Of a DNA stretch of 64,000 bases, positions 23,818-34,780 are shown piece after piece. The notes under the pieces were generated by a model. It ran no database searches, was not told the DNA's origin, and saw only the letters and a program-made list of their open reading frames with translations. The stretch comes from Chloroflexota bacterium (GTDB lineage: Bacteria; Chloroflexota; UBA11872; VXNJ01), in NCBI GenBank assembly GCA_965261345.1, contig OZ253449.1:256001-320000 (forward strand), read 5' to 3'. The position numbers and the translations under genes are program-made. Position 1 is the first letter of the stretch; each line of letters opens with the position of its first letter.

Positions 23818-24528
23818 GGTCCGCCCGCGATCACAATGGAGGCGGCGGCATCGCTGGTCGGTGCGAGCAACATTGCCGATCACGCCGGTAGCGGCGTGAT
23901 CGCTCGCTGGCAACATTAGGCGGCACGCCAACCATAGCGACCTGCATTTTTACGGCCTGGCGCCGCCCGTTGGAAAGAGGACGCGGCACCGCCGGTTCGC
24001 AGCGGCCGGCGGCGGGAGCGTCCGATAGATCTCCGCCAGCATTACCGGACAGATATAACCGGATGAAAGCATATGACGTTACCAAATGCCGTCCGGGCAT
24101 GCCCGATCCGGGCCCGTCGGGGCGTCCAAGGTTGGCTCGTCAATAAAAGATTCTCTGGTTGCCGGGCGACCTAAGCAGTAAGCAGCGGGTCGCAATAACT
24201 TGCCACTCGTCAAGGTGCCTGCGACCGAGTATCGGCACAAGATAGGCGTTGGCAACTCAAGCGATTGCCGGCCGGAAGGTGGCCGCAGCCAATCTGAAAT
24301 TGACACAATCACGTCTTTTTTTCAGGTCGAATCGGAAACCGCAATCGCAACGGCGGCGCGACGTTGGCAGACGATGTCAACCGAAATTCTTATCGGGTCG
24401 CCAGCGGTTCAGTCGAAGGACAGCGACCCGGGCGCAGCGGTAAACATCGGCAACCCCGACCTCGACACAGCCCGGAGTCGCGTTGAAGGTCGCCCACCGC
24501 TGCGGTACGCCGCATCCGAAAACCGCCG

Positions 24529-25218
24529 TTACCGACCGTCCTTCTTGGGCAGGAAGGGAATGATCTTGTCCGCTAGCGACGCCAGATTTCGGGATTGGAT
24601 CCACACATGGCCGCTGCCGCGAAATTTCATGACCAGGCCTTCACCACCCCCGACCAGGGAGCGCAGTCCGCCCGCCTTACCGATCGAGTATTCGACGTCA
24701 TCGGTGAACGCGACCAGGTGTCCGGTGTCAACCACCAGTTCCTTCCCTGGCTCCACCGGCAACTGTTTGATGGCCCCGTAGGAGTTGTAGAAAACCTTGC
24801 CGGATCCACTTTCGGTAAACGCCCGCAGGAAGAACAGGCTTTCGCCACCAAGGACTCCGCGGAATCCCTGGAAATCGGCATCGGTTTCAACGTTGTCGGT
24901 GCAGGCCAGAAAGGATCCGGACTGAATGAACAGGTTCTGTCCCGGGGCAAGCGGAAAATCACCGATGTCGCCCGGAGTCGAAGGCGCCAGATACACTTTT
25001 CCGCCGCCGCCGGCGGCGGTGAAAGTGTTGATAAAAAACGATTCGCCGCCGAGCATCCGCTTGAATCCGCCGAGAAGCCCCCTGCCGCGAGAGTCGGTCG
25101 TTAATTCGACGTCCTGTTGGGCCACCATCGCCCCCGGCTCGGCCTTGATGCTCTCACCAGGCGCCAGATCAACCAACAACATGGCGTAGCTGGCATTGAA
25201 CTCGATTGTGGTGTTCAT
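24529..25218 (-). CDS. TIGR00266/AIM24 family protein
   Basis: AEPGAM, GGESFFIN, VDTGHLVAF and GGEGLV..F.G.G.V..QSRN motifs. Confidence 0.92.
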   Translation of the reverse strand: MNTTIEFNASYAMLLVDLAPGESIKAEPGAMVAQQDVELTTDSRGRGLLGGFKRMLGGESFFINTFTAAGGGGKVYLAPSTPGDIGDFPLAPGQNLFIQSGSFLACTDNVETDADFQGFRGVLGGESLFFLRAFTESGSGKVFYNSYGAIKQLPVEPGKELVVDTGHLVAFTDDVEYSIGKAGGLRSLVGGGEGLVMKFRGSGHVWIQSRNLASLADKIIPFLPKKDGR

Positions 25219-25555
25219 CAATCACTCCCCAATTGGCATATCCAAGATTGCAAGGGAAAAGTCGGCCGGTTCAATTGCCCACCGGACCCCGTCCGCTTAG
25301 CTCCCACGATCGGCGACCGCTCCACCGGACTGCCGCCGTCTAATTTCAACCTAAACTCGCCGACAAATTTCCACTTTCCCTGCGGAAAACATTTGAGCTC
25401 AACGGTGGTGTAACGTGGGCCGATCCGTCCTCAGTGAGTGCGTCCGAAAATTCGTAATCTTCGCGCCATTGCCAACCAAATGCGGTAAAGAACGCGAACG
25501 CGGTTGGCTGCAAAGCCGAAAATTAGCGAGGATCGACCTCGACATAGCAGCGACG

Positions 25556-26854
25556 ATGCAATCAGTTCGACTTTGCATTGGCTCCCTCCGGGCCTCAATT
25601 CGACGATCCATAAACCCTCGGACCGGGCGGCGGGTAGAGATTCTCTTCGTTGTGGTCTCCCTACTGAGCATGGCCGCTGGTTGCGATGCCTTTTCGCGGG
25701 AACAATCCACAACTCCCTTAAAGATTGGCCTGCTGCTTAATTTCAGCGGGTCGCCTGAGGCCTCAGGCGACCGAATGCGGGCATTTGATCTGGCGCTAAA
25801 GCACATCAACGATGGCGGCGGAGTGCTCGGGCTGCCGGTGGAAGGCATCGCCGCCGATGCGACGGCAGATCCTTCAGCCGCAGTCGAGGCGGCCCGGCGC
25901 CTGGTCGAAATCGAAGGCGTTCACGCAATCGTTGGGCCGAACGCCAGCTCGGCCGCGCTGCGGGTTGCCCGACAAGTTTCTTTCGAGCTCGAAATCCCAA
26001 CTATTAGCCCCTCGGCCACCTCGCCTCAACTTAGCGGTGTTGAAGACAACGATTTCTTTTTCCGCACGGCCCTCTCCGATGCCGCCCAGGGGCCGGTCTT
26101 GGCCGACCTTGCGCGCGACCGCGAATTCGACAACGTTGGCCTCATTTACCAGGACGATGCCTACGGCCACGGCTTGGCCACGGCCTTTGAGGAGTCCTGG
26201 AACGGTACGCTACAGACTGTCTCAGTCGATACCGAGCAGACAGACTTTTCCAGGGAATTAGGGCAGAGCGCGAATTTGGGCGCCCAGGCATTGATCGTGA
26301 TTGCCTTCGAGGGCCAGGCGCAATCGATCGTTCAACAGGCCCTTGACGAAGCCATCTACGACCGGTTCGTCTTCGGCGACGCGGCCAAGCGAATCAGCCT
26401 CGTTAAGGCCGTTGGCGGCGACCGGCTCGGCGGGATGTTTGGAACCGCCGGGGCGTCCGCCCCAGACAACGCCGCATCCGCCGGCTGGGAGGCTTCGTTC
26501 ATCGCCGAGTACGGCGAACTACCCGTCCTGGCATACGTAAAAGAAACCTACGATGCCACGGTTGCCATAGCATTTGCGGCCCAAGCTGCCGGAGGCGTTG
26601 AGGGGGCAATCATCCGCGAGCATCTGCGGTCAATCGCCAGGCCTCCAGGCGAGATCGTTGCCGCAACCCCGACCGGGGTGGCCGCCGGCCTGTCCCTGCT
26701 CGATGAAGGAAGGCAGATCAATTTCGAAGGCGCCGCCAGTACGCTGGACTGGGATGGCGAAGGCGACCTCGGTCGGGGCCACATCGGGATCTGGCGCTTT
26801 ACTCTCGACGAACAAATCGAGGATGTCGGCACGATCTATTACGATAAATCGTGA
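25556..26854 (+). CDS. ABC transporter substrate-binding lipoprotein (branched-chain amino acid/LivJ-like)
   Basis: Lipobox-like AAGC; LKIGLL, ISPSATSP, FFRTALSD and YDA motifs. Start uncertain. Confidence 0.85.
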   Translation: MQSVRLCIGSLRASIRRSINPRTGRRVEILFVVVSLLSMAAGCDAFSREQSTTPLKIGLLLNFSGSPEASGDRMRAFDLALKHINDGGGVLGLPVEGIAADATADPSAAVEAARRLVEIEGVHAIVGPNASSAALRVARQVSFELEIPTISPSATSPQLSGVEDNDFFFRTALSDAAQGPVLADLARDREFDNVGLIYQDDAYGHGLATAFEESWNGTLQTVSVDTEQTDFSRELGQSANLGAQALIVIAFEGQAQSIVQQALDEAIYDRFVFGDAAKRISLVKAVGGDRLGGMFGTAGASAPDNAASAGWEASFIAEYGELPVLAYVKETYDATVAIAFAAQAAGGVEGAIIREHLRSIARPPGEIVAATPTGVAAGLSLLDEGRQINFEGAASTLDWDGEGDLGRGHIGIWRFTLDEQIEDVGTIYYDKS

Positions 26855-26877
26855 TCACGTTTGGCCGCCAACCTGCT

Positions 26878-27948
26878 CTATTGCAACGCCCCCGCCGCGG
26901 TGATCGGCCACTCCTCGACGATCTCGCCATTTCGGATGGCATGGATTTTCCGGTGCAGCAACACGGTGCTGTCGGAATAGTGCGGAATCATTTCGAATCG
27001 ATCACCGGGGCGCAGCCGGTTACCGCCATCCCTTACCAAGTACGTATGTTCGGCGCTGAGTCGTGCGCACCGCCAGCCTTCCGGCTTAACGATCATTGGC
27101 AGGCCGGTGTGCCGGCCAGTGGTCTTCCAGCCCGCATCGCCGGTAGCCCGTACGGGGTCGGTTGCAGATATTGCCTGGCAGAGCAGACTGAGCGCTCGTT
27201 TATGACCCTCAACGCCCATGAGTTCATATGACAGGTCCATGAGCGCCGCGCCGCCGGCTTGGAGCTCGGTGAGGACCGATTGCCTTAAGACATAGCGGTA
27301 ATTGCCGCTGCCGCCGCCCGAGAGCACCGTGATTTGATGGCCTTGCTCCGCGCACAGCCGCTTGGCCCGCCTCAGGATGGCAGCCGATGCTGAGGTCTCG
27401 CGTTCTTTTTCCGGGTCGGACATATTCATCACGTGGCCCTCGTACCCCATCAACCCACGCAGACGGACACCCGGCAGTTTGGTTGCGAGCGCGCAGAGCG
27501 CCGGCGCCGCCGCGGGAGGAACGCCGCAGCGGTGAAGATTGACATCGATATCGACCAAAAGGTCTATTTCAACGCCGGCCCGGTCGGCCGCCGCCGCAAT
27601 CTCGCGGATGTTTTCCGCATCATCAACCGCAACGCACAGCCTGGCCAATTTCGCCACCTGGGTCAAGCGCTCAATCTTGGTCTTACCGACAACCTCGTTG
27701 GCGATCAAGATGTCGTTAACGCCGCCATTTGCCAGCGCCAGCGCCTCCGAAGACTTTGCACAGGTGATCCCGACCGCGCCCGCCTCGATCAACCGCAACG
27801 CTATCGCGGGGGATTTTGAGGCTTTAACATGCGGACGCCAGGCAATGCCGGCAGCTCTGGCCCGCTTGGCCATCAACTGCGCATTGTGCTCAAAAGCGTC
27901 AAGATCCAGCAGCAGCGCCGGAGTGTCCAATTCGTTGGCAAAGTTCAT
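26878..27948 (-). CDS. DSD1/D-threonine aldolase-like PLP-dependent enzyme (alanine racemase fold)
   Basis: LDTPALLLD, WRPHVKASK, MGYEGH and SAEH motifs. Confidence 0.9.
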   Translation of the reverse strand: MNFANELDTPALLLDLDAFEHNAQLMAKRARAAGIAWRPHVKASKSPAIALRLIEAGAVGITCAKSSEALALANGGVNDILIANEVVGKTKIERLTQVAKLARLCVAVDDAENIREIAAAADRAGVEIDLLVDIDVNLHRCGVPPAAAPALCALATKLPGVRLRGLMGYEGHVMNMSDPEKERETSASAAILRRAKRLCAEQGHQITVLSGGGSGNYRYVLRQSVLTELQAGGAALMDLSYELMGVEGHKRALSLLCQAISATDPVRATGDAGWKTTGRHTGLPMIVKPEGWRCARLSAEHTYLVRDGGNRLRPGDRFEMIPHYSDSTVLLHRKIHAIRNGEIVEEWPITAAGALQ

Positions 27949-28332
27949 TTGGTCCGCCTGATTTCGAAATCGTACCGGCTGATCGGGCGCCGTCAACCGT
28001 TCCGGTTAACCCAATGATGCGGCCTCCGATCCCACCCGGTCCAATACAAATCAATCGGTCGCCATCCTGCCGACTTTCGGCAACTTCGCGAGTGCAACGC
28101 CTCAGCATGTATGTCAGTGGACGGCAACGGTGCGTTTTCTCAGCGCCTGCCCGCCTCCCATCTCACCTTCAGCGACCGCCTAGCGGGAGAAGGCCCTCTC
28201 TGAAAAGGAGAACCCCGGGTGGTCGAAACGCAGCTTCTGGTCATTGCTGATCGCTCTGTGCCGTACTTGTCCGCGTGCTGCCGCGCGGGTGAGTGATAGT
28301 ATCTTTACCGGTTGATATGGAAGGTACCGGGC

Positions 28333-29091
28333 GTGAAGGATTCCATTTGCATCGTTACGGGCGCAGGGAGCGGAATCGGTGAGGCGACATCGCTCCTGCT
28401 TGCCCAAAGGGGCGCTCGGATCGTGCTCGTGGGACGGACGCTTTCGAAGCTCGAACGGGTCCGCCGGATAATCGAAGCCCGAGGAGGGGCCGCGGACGTT
28501 CAGCCCTGCGACCTTGCCGACGTGGCTGCCGTCCGGGGCATGGCCGCGGGAGTGCTCCGCGATCATGGCCGTGTCGACGTGCTGGTCAACAACGCTGGCA
28601 TGGCCACCCGCAACCGCACGACGTTGACCATGACGCCGGCGGAGGCCGAGGTGGTGATGCGGGTCAACCTGCTAGGGCCATTCTTCCTGGCGCAAGCAGT
28701 GCTGCCGGGAATGCTCGCGCGGAGGGAAGGCACGATCGTGAACATATCGTCGCTGGCCGCCACGAGACCAGGCCCAGTGGCCGGGCCCATCTACAGCGCA
28801 TCTAAGGCGGGGTTGCTCAACTTCACCCGGTACCTGAACACCGAGCTGCAGAACTCCGGCATCCGCGCCTGCTGCATCCTACCGGGGGAGGTTGACACCC
28901 CCATATTGGACATGCGGCCGGTCGTGCCCGACGATGACGCCAGGGCCACGATGCTGACCGCCGAGGACGTGGCGGAAACCGTGCTGCTGGCCGTAGCCAG
29001 CCCGCAACGGGCCCTGGTGAGTGAGATATCGGTGCTGCCCAGCTTCAGGCGGGATCTCTCGCAAGACCTGATGGATCCGCTCGCCGGCTGA
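28333..29091 (+). CDS. SDR family oxidoreductase
   Basis: TGAGSGIG, NNAG and YSASK motifs. Confidence 0.92.
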   Translation: MKDSICIVTGAGSGIGEATSLLLAQRGARIVLVGRTLSKLERVRRIIEARGGAADVQPCDLADVAAVRGMAAGVLRDHGRVDVLVNNAGMATRNRTTLTMTPAEAEVVMRVNLLGPFFLAQAVLPGMLARREGTIVNISSLAATRPGPVAGPIYSASKAGLLNFTRYLNTELQNSGIRACCILPGEVDTPILDMRPVVPDDDARATMLTAEDVAETVLLAVASPQRALVSEISVLPSFRRDLSQDLMDPLAG

Positions 29092-29689
29092 CCCTTGGGG
29101 GGCAACCACCAGGCCGGAGCCGCCGGCAGTTTCGGTCCCATGGCGCGAATCGGTGTTTCCGGGTGTTAAAGATGGTCAAGCACCGGTTTTTGCACATGGC
29201 ACCTCCCGGCCCGCGTCGACGATTTTGGCCAATCCATCGACAGCATACTGCTCACCGACCCTGACCGAGATGCCGAAGAGCTGTTCGTGAAGCGGGGATT
29301 TCTCATTCCGGTCGGACCACCAAATAACCACTATCCTCCGGGCCGGTGCAAAAGACGGACGGCAGCTAAAGTCTTTGGGCGCTTTGCGGGGCGCGGAGGA
29401 TCCTCCCCGGGAAAAGCAATTGAGGATTCGGTTCCAAGCGCGCTTTAGGCGGCCACGGCGGGTCGGTATCACCGGGCAGGAATCTTGCGCATGCGGCCCC
29501 GGCGCGTTAGCCGGACCAGGTGCAACCCGGTCGCATTCGCAGGTGCTGATCGGGAATCGGGGCAGCATGGAAAATGGCGCGCTCACGATCGCGGCAGTGC
29601 TGCCGGGCAAGACCGGCAACCTGCATTCGCGGCGGGCCCATCCGGGTAACTTCCGCCTCGCCCCGATCGCCATCCGGTGGCGTAGTTGA

Positions 29690-31123
29690 ATGGATTTCGA
29701 CAAATATGAATTCGACCCCGCGATCTACGACGAGATGTTTGAGGCTCCCTACCAACCGCGGGGGCACAGCCGCAATCTCCACCAGGCACTGCAGGCGGTT
29801 TCGCCGCAGGAGCTAGCTACGGTCCAGGAAGAGGTGACGCGTTCGTTTTCGACCGAAGGCATTACGTTCACCGTCTACGGTGCCGATGAGGCCAGCGAAC
29901 GGATCATCCCGGTCGACTGTCTTCCGCGGATTCTCCCGGGATCGGATTGGGAATTCCTGCACAAGGGCCTATCGCAACGGCTGGCAGCCATCAATTTATT
30001 TCTGGGTGATGTCTACTCCGACGGGCGGATCATCGCCGACGGGGTGATCCCGGTAGACATGGTGCGAGGGTGCCCGCAATACCGCACCGAGTTGCGTGGT
30101 TTCGCGCCCCCGCACGGGACCTGGGTGGCGGTCTGCGGCACCGATCTGGTTCGCACCGACGACGGCTTCCATGTGCTCGAGGACAATCTGCGGGTCCCGT
30201 CCGGTGTCTCGTACATGATCGCCAACCGCAAGGCGGTAAAGACCAACCTGCGGCGCCTGTACCGAAGCTATCGGGTGCGCGAAGTCGAACATTACGGCGC
30301 CATCCTTCGCACCACCCTGCTCGAATTGGCGCCGGATGGAAGGCAAGATCCCACCATAGCCTTACTGACCCCGGGCGTGTACAACTCCGCCTTCTATGAA
30401 CACATGTTTCTTGCGGGCGAGATTGGGGCCGAGCTGGTTGAGGGCCGCGACCTGGTGATAGATGGCGGCTTCGTCTACGCTCGCACCACCACCGGACTGC
30501 TTCGAATTGACGTGATCTACCGCCGGGTCGATGACGATTTTCTTGACCCGTCGGTGTTCCGCCCGGACTCGCTTTTGGGCGTACCCGGTCTCATGCACGC
30601 CTGCAAACTCGGCAACGTAACCCTGGCCAATGCCCCCGGCACCGGCGTGGCCGATGACAAGAGCGTCTACGCCTTCTTGCCGGAAATGATCCGCTACTAC
30701 CTCGGCGAGGAACCGATCCTGGCAAATGTGGAAACGTATCTCTGCCGCCGCCCGGAAGACCTTGAATTCACGCTCGACAATCTCGACAAATTGGTGGTCA
30801 AGCGCGTCGGTGAATCGGGCGGCTACGGGATGTTGGTCGGTCCACACGCAACTGCGTAGGAGCGGGCGAGTTACGCCCGCCAAGTGAGGGCCGATCCGAA
30901 CCAATTCGTGGCGCAGCCGACGCTGGCCCTTTCGCGCTCACCCTGTCTAGTCGACGGCCAGTTCGAACCCCGACACGTTGATCTGCGTCCGTTCGTGCTG
31001 CACGGCCGCAAGACCCGCATTGTCCCTGGCGCCTTCTGCCGCGTGGCGCTGCGCGCCGGCAGCCTGGTGGTCAATTCCAGTCAGGGCGGTGGCGGCAAGG
31101 ACGTCTGGGTGCTAGATAACTAA
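29690..31123 (+). pseudogene. Circularly permuted type 2 ATP-grasp protein with in-frame TAG
   Basis: EDNLRVPSGVSY, YRRVDDDFLDP and GGYG motifs. TAG at 30857-30859, then the same frame continues to RHVDLRPF...VVNSSQGGGGKD. Confidence 0.85.
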
Positions 31124-31256
31124 ATGTCTACGCGCTTACCCGGACGCAGCCTCGTCCCAACCAAACGCGGTCGCACACGGTCAAACAGGGAATCGCGTCC
31201 GCGGCTACTTTGCCCGCATCCCGGCCCGGGTCCCGATACGGCCGATAAGGGCGCCT

Positions 31257-32225
31257 ATGCTCGCGCGCAGTGCCCAGGGACTTTACTGGATGAGCCGCTA
31301 CCTGGAGCGCGCCGAGCAATTGGCTCGAATGCTCCGGATGCAGACCGAGGCTCTGGTGGACCGTCCCGTCCGCGAAATTCACATCGGCTGGACCCGAATT
31401 TACGGCAGCCTCGGCCGCCAACTACCATGGGGCGAATTGGAGCTGCTAGATGATGATGACTTCACCCTGGCCGATTCCTACACCCTGGCCGACGACCTTA
31501 CCTTTGAGCAGGAAATTCCGGGTTCGGTATGGGCCTGCTTTGCCCTTGGGCGCGAAAACGCACGCCAGATGCGCCAGTGCATCAGCGCCGAAATGTGGAC
31601 CAGCCTAAACCGGGCCTACCTGACCATCCAGAGATCGACCATTGAAGACTTCTGGAGACTCTCGCCCGAACGCTTCTACGCCCAGACCGCAACATCGATT
31701 AACACGTTTGCGGGGGTTGCGGCGACGACGATGTACCGCGGCGAAGGCTGGAATTTCATGCAGCTCGGACACTTTGTCGAGCGTGCCCAGGCCCTCTCGG
31801 GCCTGCTGTTGGCGCAAATTTCGGCCGCGGGCTTAATCGATGATTCGTCCGAAGTGGATTGGACAAGCCTGCTGCGATTGCAACACGCATTCGAGCCTTA
31901 CAGCCGACGGTTTAGCGTGCGCATCGATCCCGGGCAGGTGCTTGACATCCTTACAACCGATCCGCTCCTGCCGGGTTCGCTCCGCCGCTCGCTCGATGGG
32001 ATCGCCGGCCAGATCTGGGCCATCGGACCGGGCCCCGATGCAAAAGCGAGCGGTGCGGCCAGGGAATTGGCCGCCGAACTGAAGGCGCGATCGGCCGCCG
32101 AATGGGCGCCCGGCGGTGATCGGCAAGGCCAATTGCAGAAGATCAGCCGGCAATGTCGAGACCTCCATGACCTGGTAACGCGGTGCTATTTCGAATATTT
32201 GGTCGATGATGGCCCTCGACCCTGA
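31257..32225 (+). CDS. Alpha-E domain-containing protein
   Basis: YWMSRYLERAE, RENAR and second ERA motif; typical partner of CP ATP-grasp genes. Confidence 0.9.
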   Translation: MLARSAQGLYWMSRYLERAEQLARMLRMQTEALVDRPVREIHIGWTRIYGSLGRQLPWGELELLDDDDFTLADSYTLADDLTFEQEIPGSVWACFALGRENARQMRQCISAEMWTSLNRAYLTIQRSTIEDFWRLSPERFYAQTATSINTFAGVAATTMYRGEGWNFMQLGHFVERAQALSGLLLAQISAAGLIDDSSEVDWTSLLRLQHAFEPYSRRFSVRIDPGQVLDILTTDPLLPGSLRRSLDGIAGQIWAIGPGPDAKASGAARELAAELKARSAAEWAPGGDRQGQLQKISRQCRDLHDLVTRCYFEYLVDDGPRP

Positions 32226-33096
32226 CGACAACTCCGGTCCGATTCGATACGCTATTGAGCATTCGACCAACTATCGGTACAGTTTGCCGGTTCGAAACAG
32301 CGGCATGGCATTGCATCTGCGGCCACGCAGCGACCACCAGCAGCAATTGCTTGGCTTTGAGGTTGTAACCGACCCGGCGGGGTCATTGAGCTGCGCGACC
32401 GATGCATTCGGCAACACCAAGCACCAACTCAACATCCACCGGCCCCACCAAACATTGGCGGTCATCGCACGCTCGCGGGTCGAAACGGTTTCGTTGCCGG
32501 AATTGCCGCTAAAGCTGGACCTGGACAGCTGGCGCGAAATCCGTACTTGGAAAAAATCACCTGCCTATTGGGACTTTGTCAATCCGAGCACATTTGCTCG
32601 ACCATCGCCGGCTCTGTCCAATTTTTTGGATCAGGGTGGAATTGCCCATCCTGAGGGAGACCCCCTTGGCGCATTGCAACGTCTCGCCCGCACCCTGCAC
32701 AACAGCTTCCAGTTCACTCCAGGTAGTACATCGGCGGCTTCGCCAATTGAGCATCTGCTCGAATCGCGCCAAGGAGTTTGCCAGGACTATGCCCATGTGA
32801 TGATCGCGGTGGCGCGCGAGTGGGGCATTCCGGCGCGGTATGTTTCCGGCTATTTGTATGTGAGCGACGCGAACGACCGACCCGTACTCGGAACCGCAAC
32901 CCACGCTTGGGTTGAGTGCCGTCTACCCGGATTGGGTTGGGTTGGGTTTGACCCCGCAAACGACCAAATTGCCGGTGCAGCCTGCGTGCAAATCGCCATC
33001 GGCCGGGATTACTGTGACGTGGCTCCGACCAAGGGGATATATCAGGGATTCGCCCAATCCCAACTTGAGGTTTCGGTGCGAATGGAATGCATTTAG
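32206..33096 (+). CDS. Transglutaminase family protein
   Basis: GVCQDYAH, ARYVSGY, HAW and FDPAN catalytic triad motifs. Confidence 0.92.
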   Translation: MMALDPDDNSGPIRYAIEHSTNYRYSLPVRNSGMALHLRPRSDHQQQLLGFEVVTDPAGSLSCATDAFGNTKHQLNIHRPHQTLAVIARSRVETVSLPELPLKLDLDSWREIRTWKKSPAYWDFVNPSTFARPSPALSNFLDQGGIAHPEGDPLGALQRLARTLHNSFQFTPGSTSAASPIEHLLESRQGVCQDYAHVMIAVAREWGIPARYVSGYLYVSDANDRPVLGTATHAWVECRLPGLGWVGFDPANDQIAGAACVQIAIGRDYCDVAPTKGIYQGFAQSQLEVSVRMECI

Positions 33097-33531
33097 GTCA
33101 ATCGCCCGGGGGCGCTGCGCTGGATCGGCGACCTGAAGGCTGAAAGCATCGGCGCCGGCTGAAAGCCCCGCAATCGCCTCAATTTCGCATGAGAACCGCT
33201 TTGCGACGACGCTCCGGCGAAGGCGAATGTTGACGCCACTTAGCTCCGGGCCGCGGTCGAACACCCGTGGTTGCCGGAGTCTTACACCTAGGAGTCGATG
33301 CATCAAGCCATCACGACATTGCGCCCACAGAGCAGGTAGTGGTAGGGTAAACACATTCGAGGAACTATTCCCCCAGGATGAATTGTTGAAGCTCAACATC
33401 AAATTCGCCACCGAGACCGGTCAACCGTCCTGGCGCCGGCATTTGGGCTTTCCCAGCTACCGACGACGACGGTTATCGTCATGCTGCTGCCTGAGCCTGA
33501 TTCCGGCTCGGTGCCGGTTTCAGGCCCGGCG

Positions 33532-34419
33532 ATGAGGGTTCGAGTCACGCCCGACAGCGGCGCCATCGGCCTGCTTCATCCTGGCGCGATGGGCGCGTCA
33601 GTCGGGGCGGCGCTGGTGGGGCGTGGAAGGCGTGTAATCTGGGCGAGTGATGGAAGGAGCCCGGCCACGCAGTCCCGCGCCAAGCGGGCGCGGTTGGAAG
33701 ACGCAGGTTGCCTTGAGGCACTCGCCGAATCGAGTGAAACACTGTTTAGCGTCTGTCCTCCCGAGGCTGCGCTCGACCTGGCCAAGAGCGTTGCGCAAAC
33801 CGGTTTTCGAGGGGTATATGTCGATGCAAACGCGGTGTCCCCGTCACGGGCATTGGCCGTCGGAGACGCGGTGTTGGGCGGCGGCGCACGTGCTTTTGTC
33901 GATGGGGGCATCATCGGTCCGCCGCCGTGGAATTCGGAGACCTCGCGCCTGTATCTTGCCGGGAACGAGGCGGCCAGCGTCGCTGCGATGTTCGCAGGGA
34001 GCCCGCTCCGAGCCATTGCGATTGGGGAAAAGCCGGGCGCGGCCTCCGCATTGAAGATGGCATATGCCGCCTGGACCAAGGGCACCTCCGCGCTGTTGGC
34101 CGGAATACTTGCGCTGGCCCAACGCGAGGGCGTGGCGGATGCGCTTAGCAGCGAATGGACTCTCTCGCAACCGGACCTGGCCTCGGGCGGGGAGGGGCGC
34201 GCACTCGGCAGCGCGGCTAAGGCGTGGCGCTTCGCCGGCGAGATGGAGGAGATCGCCGACACATTCGCAGGATCGGGTCTACCCGACGGGTTCCACCGAG
34301 CGGCCGCCGAGATCTACCGCCGCCTCAGCGAATTTAAGGACGTGCCCGAGCCCCCCATGCTGGAAGCTGCGCTGGCCGCCCTGCTCGCCGAACGCCCAGG
34401 TGCCGTCCACGACCAGTAA
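33532..34419 (+). CDS. NAD(P)-dependent oxidoreductase with DUF1932 domain
   Basis: HPGAMG, DANAVSP, DGGIIGPP, ASALKMAYA and KAWRFAGEMEEI motifs. Confidence 0.88.
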   Translation: MRVRVTPDSGAIGLLHPGAMGASVGAALVGRGRRVIWASDGRSPATQSRAKRARLEDAGCLEALAESSETLFSVCPPEAALDLAKSVAQTGFRGVYVDANAVSPSRALAVGDAVLGGGARAFVDGGIIGPPPWNSETSRLYLAGNEAASVAAMFAGSPLRAIAIGEKPGAASALKMAYAAWTKGTSALLAGILALAQREGVADALSSEWTLSQPDLASGGEGRALGSAAKAWRFAGEMEEIADTFAGSGLPDGFHRAAAEIYRRLSEFKDVPEPPMLEAALAALLAERPGAVHDQ

Positions 34420-34780
34420 TTGATGCCCGGCCGGTAATTCCCCGAGTAGAGAGAGCCGGTAGCAGGATCATCCAAGTCGCTTTTCGATCTTAAGTTCGAA
34501 ATCCACGCAAGCGCTAGTGGTCCACCGCCGGCTCGCGCTCTGGTTGCCGATCAAATTCACGATAAATTGCCGTTCGCGGTCAATTCGGACACGGGCGATA
34601 AATGCATTTATGTGGACCGATTGATCAATCCCTTGATGGATACCGTGGACTCGCCTATTCCTACCCTAGCAACTTGCCGGCTTACCTTTCAACCAGTATC
34701 CGGACGTTTCACCAAGATTTCGATCAACGCGTGCTAGGCCTGTTGCTGCCAAGCTTTGCAATCGTCCCTGCAACAAACTC

